From positions 5,415 to 69,414 of the forward strand of contig JAUQWQ010000034.1 in NCBI GenBank assembly GCA_030835085.1: a stretch of DNA of 64,000 nucleotides. The letters run 5' to 3'. This stretch comes from Ignavibacteria bacterium (GTDB lineage: Bacteria; Bacteroidota; Ignavibacteria; Tepidaquicellales; OLB5). The translations under genes were made by a program, and so were the position numbers. The notes beneath the pieces are model-generated. The model saw only the letters and a list, made by a program, of their open reading frames with translations. It did no database searches and had not been told where the DNA came from. Shown piece after piece: positions 62,208 to 64,000 of this stretch. Within the stretch, counting starts at the first letter, position 1. The number at the start of each line of letters is the position of its first letter.

Positions 62208-62448
62208 CAACATGCCGCTCCTACGGAGCTCAATAATCGCGGATATTTCCAGCTACAAACATAACGCTCCTAACGGAGCTAAAGAGCATTATTCGTATTT
62301 TCAAACATACAATCTTTGAAATGAATTCAATTTTCTTACGATTTTAAAAACTGAACCCCGTAGGCCTATGGACTGGCTTTGACAGTGGTGAAATGTTTGT
62401 AGAGTGATGGTACAGAGAATAACAGAGCTCCGTAGGAGCGATATGTTG
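62208..62448. repeat. REP-like hairpin repeats in an inverted (REPIN/BIME-like) cluster
   Basis: caacatgccgctcctacggagct (62208-62230,+), ctacaaacataacgctcctaacggagct (62253-62280,+), interrupted copy 62352-62402(-), caacatatcgctcctacggagct (62426-62448,-). Confidence 0.75.
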
Positions 62449-62762
62449 CATATTTTTTATCCTCCTCTAATGAACGATTAGAATTCCGGAAATTGGCGAT
62501 AAAAAATTTATTGCTGACCGATTGGAATGCACAATACGCTCTGAATTTGGCGTTATTCCAACCGTTGGAGTAAAAACGCGGAATCGCCGGAATATTAGAA
62601 AGCTCCATTTCCGTAGAATTTTCAGGCTTTCTAAAAATTCGAAAGATTGGAAAACAATTCCTGCCGAAATCACGGAAAGAGTTTAGAATATTTTGGTATT
62701 TCATGATAAAAGGGAGAAATTTGTTATATGCAATATGCATATGTTACCAATATAATATATGA

Positions 62763-64000
62763 CTACAACAAATGCAAGTAAAATTCCGGGTGCCGTAAAA
62801 TTAAAAAAGGGGCTGAAGCATATGCCGAAACAGGAACGCTTTCAGCAAGTATCCCGTGTTCCCAGTCCCACGATTGAGGACCCATTAACGTTACAGGTAT
62901 GGGTGTCCTTTCATACCTGTCGCTTCCATTGCCGCCGCTTAGCGGGTATGATCCCATAAATATTTCTGTTGAGCCTACACTATCAATAAGGAACCTGTTA
63001 ATGTGCTCCACTCCAACAAAATTATCAAATACATGATCCCAGTTTGTAAACGGTATCATTGTGTTATAATTGGTATAATTCAGGTCGCACATTAAACCCA
63101 GCCTGGGGTCAACATCTCTCAGCTTACGGCTTACATAAGCCATACACGGTAAATTATTGAACTCAAACTCTTCAATGTAAAATTTTAACGGCGAATTTCC
63201 ATGCTGTCCAATATCATTGGCTTCCCATTTTATCCATTGTCTTTCAGGGTGATTTGGGTCATCATAATAATCTTTGAATAAAAGATCCGCTACATCATTA
63301 TCCAACCTAACGTAATCTATCCACATATCACAGTTGCCGTACCAGTAAACTTTGTAATCAACTTTACACTCGCCATCAGGCGCAAAGTAGCTTCGGTATG
63401 TCCCGTTCGGCAGTCTTGGGTTTATGTTTTCCCATTCTGATACAGGGATGGTTAGATTCACATCATTACCAGTAAATCGAAATTCTTCTCTGTATTTTCC
63501 ATCATATTGTTCTTGATCATTCTTAAAATTCCTTGCTCTTAATTCAGTACTTCTAATAATATCACCATCGTAGTTAAGCATTTCGATTCTGCAAATTACT
63601 TCATCATTATGATTATCAACATAATTTTTATCAACTCTTATTTTAGGTTTTATTATCCAGGTGTATGCTTTATCACCGGCAGTACTTTCATTTGAATTAA
63701 CCTGTTCACGATTTGCTTTTAAACCGGTTACTACATATCCCGCAAAACCAGGTCCGTCATTTGAGTTATTGGTAGTACAATATCTTACCCAGTTACTCTC
63801 ACCATAGTTAGGGTCGTCATCTAAAACATCAGTTCCTTTAGGATGATCTTTATAAGAATAAAACCAAAGCATTGGGTCTATATTAGTTGCCTCGCACTGG
63901 TAATCGCTTCTCTGTCCAAAAGCCAGACGTTCTATTTTGGGTCTTTCCATAAGAGTTAACATACCGTTATTCTCGTTGGAGCCAAGTATATTTTGTATTT
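62763..64000 (-). CDS. Fragment of a large hypothetical protein; 5' end outside the window, 3' end possibly truncated
   Basis: Frame is open from 64000 (IQNILGSNENNGMLTLM...) to a stop at 62763. Aromatic/Asp-rich sequence typical of extracellular proteins; ends in an atypical tail (ASAPFLILRHPEFYLHLL) with no CTD. Confidence 0.7.
   Translation of the reverse strand, partial: IQNILGSNENNGMLTLMERPKIERLAFGQRSDYQCEATNIDPMLWFYSYKDHPKGTDVLDDDPNYGESNWVRYCTTNNSNDGPGFAGYVVTGLKANREQVNSNESTAGDKAYTWIIKPKIRVDKNYVDNHNDEVICRIEMLNYDGDIIRSTELRARNFKNDQEQYDGKYREEFRFTGNDVNLTIPVSEWENINPRLPNGTYRSYFAPDGECKVDYKVYWYGNCDMWIDYVRLDNDVADLLFKDYYDDPNHPERQWIKWEANDIGQHGNSPLKFYIEEFEFNNLPCMAYVSRKLRDVDPRLGLMCDLNYTNYNTMIPFTNWDHVFDNFVGVEHINRFLIDSVGSTEIFMGSYPLSGGNGSDRYERTPIPVTLMGPQSWDWEHGILAESVPVSAYASAPFLILRHPEFYLHLL

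Noticed and set aside
61817-62448. CRISPR array
   Set aside because: Repeats are in mixed orientation, irregularly spaced and short or degenerate; no cas genes.
61862-62740. ORF-track predictions 61862-62200, 61904-62155, 62366-62740, 62467-62673
   Set aside because: They overlay the repeat motifs, lack SDs and recognisable domains, and overlap one another; likely spurious translations of repeats.
62808-62822. ggggctgaagcat resembling an IS1016/IS1595 terminal repeat
   Set aside because: It points into coding sequence, has no partner inverted repeat and no transposase.

Overview
Low-GC bacterial chromosomal segment, densely coding. It is most consistent with an Ignavibacteria-like member of the FCB group; this is inferred from type IX secretion (T9SS) C-terminal domains of the 'LxQNYPNPFNP' type, porZ, long-form ispG/ispH, and strong Shine-Dalgarno use. 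Housekeeping genes (lipB, ispD, queA, eno, suhB, rpsA, ispG, ispH, hutU, a hisA-like gene, mltD, livK/livH) are interleaved with seven T9SS cargo genes: a frameshifted beta-propeller protein, two S8 peptidases, a YCF48-like propeller, an Asp-box propeller, and two CocE/NonD hydrolases. No rRNA, tRNA, CRISPR array, transposase, integrase or prophage was recognised. The most interesting signals are: (i) a shared, mosaic ~350-aa CARDB/P-domain/CTD 'chassis' carrying different N-terminal domains; (ii) a putative winged-helix plus helical-repeat (SARP-like) regulator divergent from a T9SS cargo gene; (iii) a HisA paralogue whose catalytic acid Asp is replaced by Val; (iv) an unannotated 33-aa membrane peptide between two CocE paralogues; (v) a RelE/ParE toxin-antitoxin pair abutting ispG; (vi) a repeat-rich region at 61.8-62.45 kb with a 13-nt motif array and a REPIN-like inverted REP cluster containing a 22-nt insertion. 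All family assignments come from motif recognition, not database searches.
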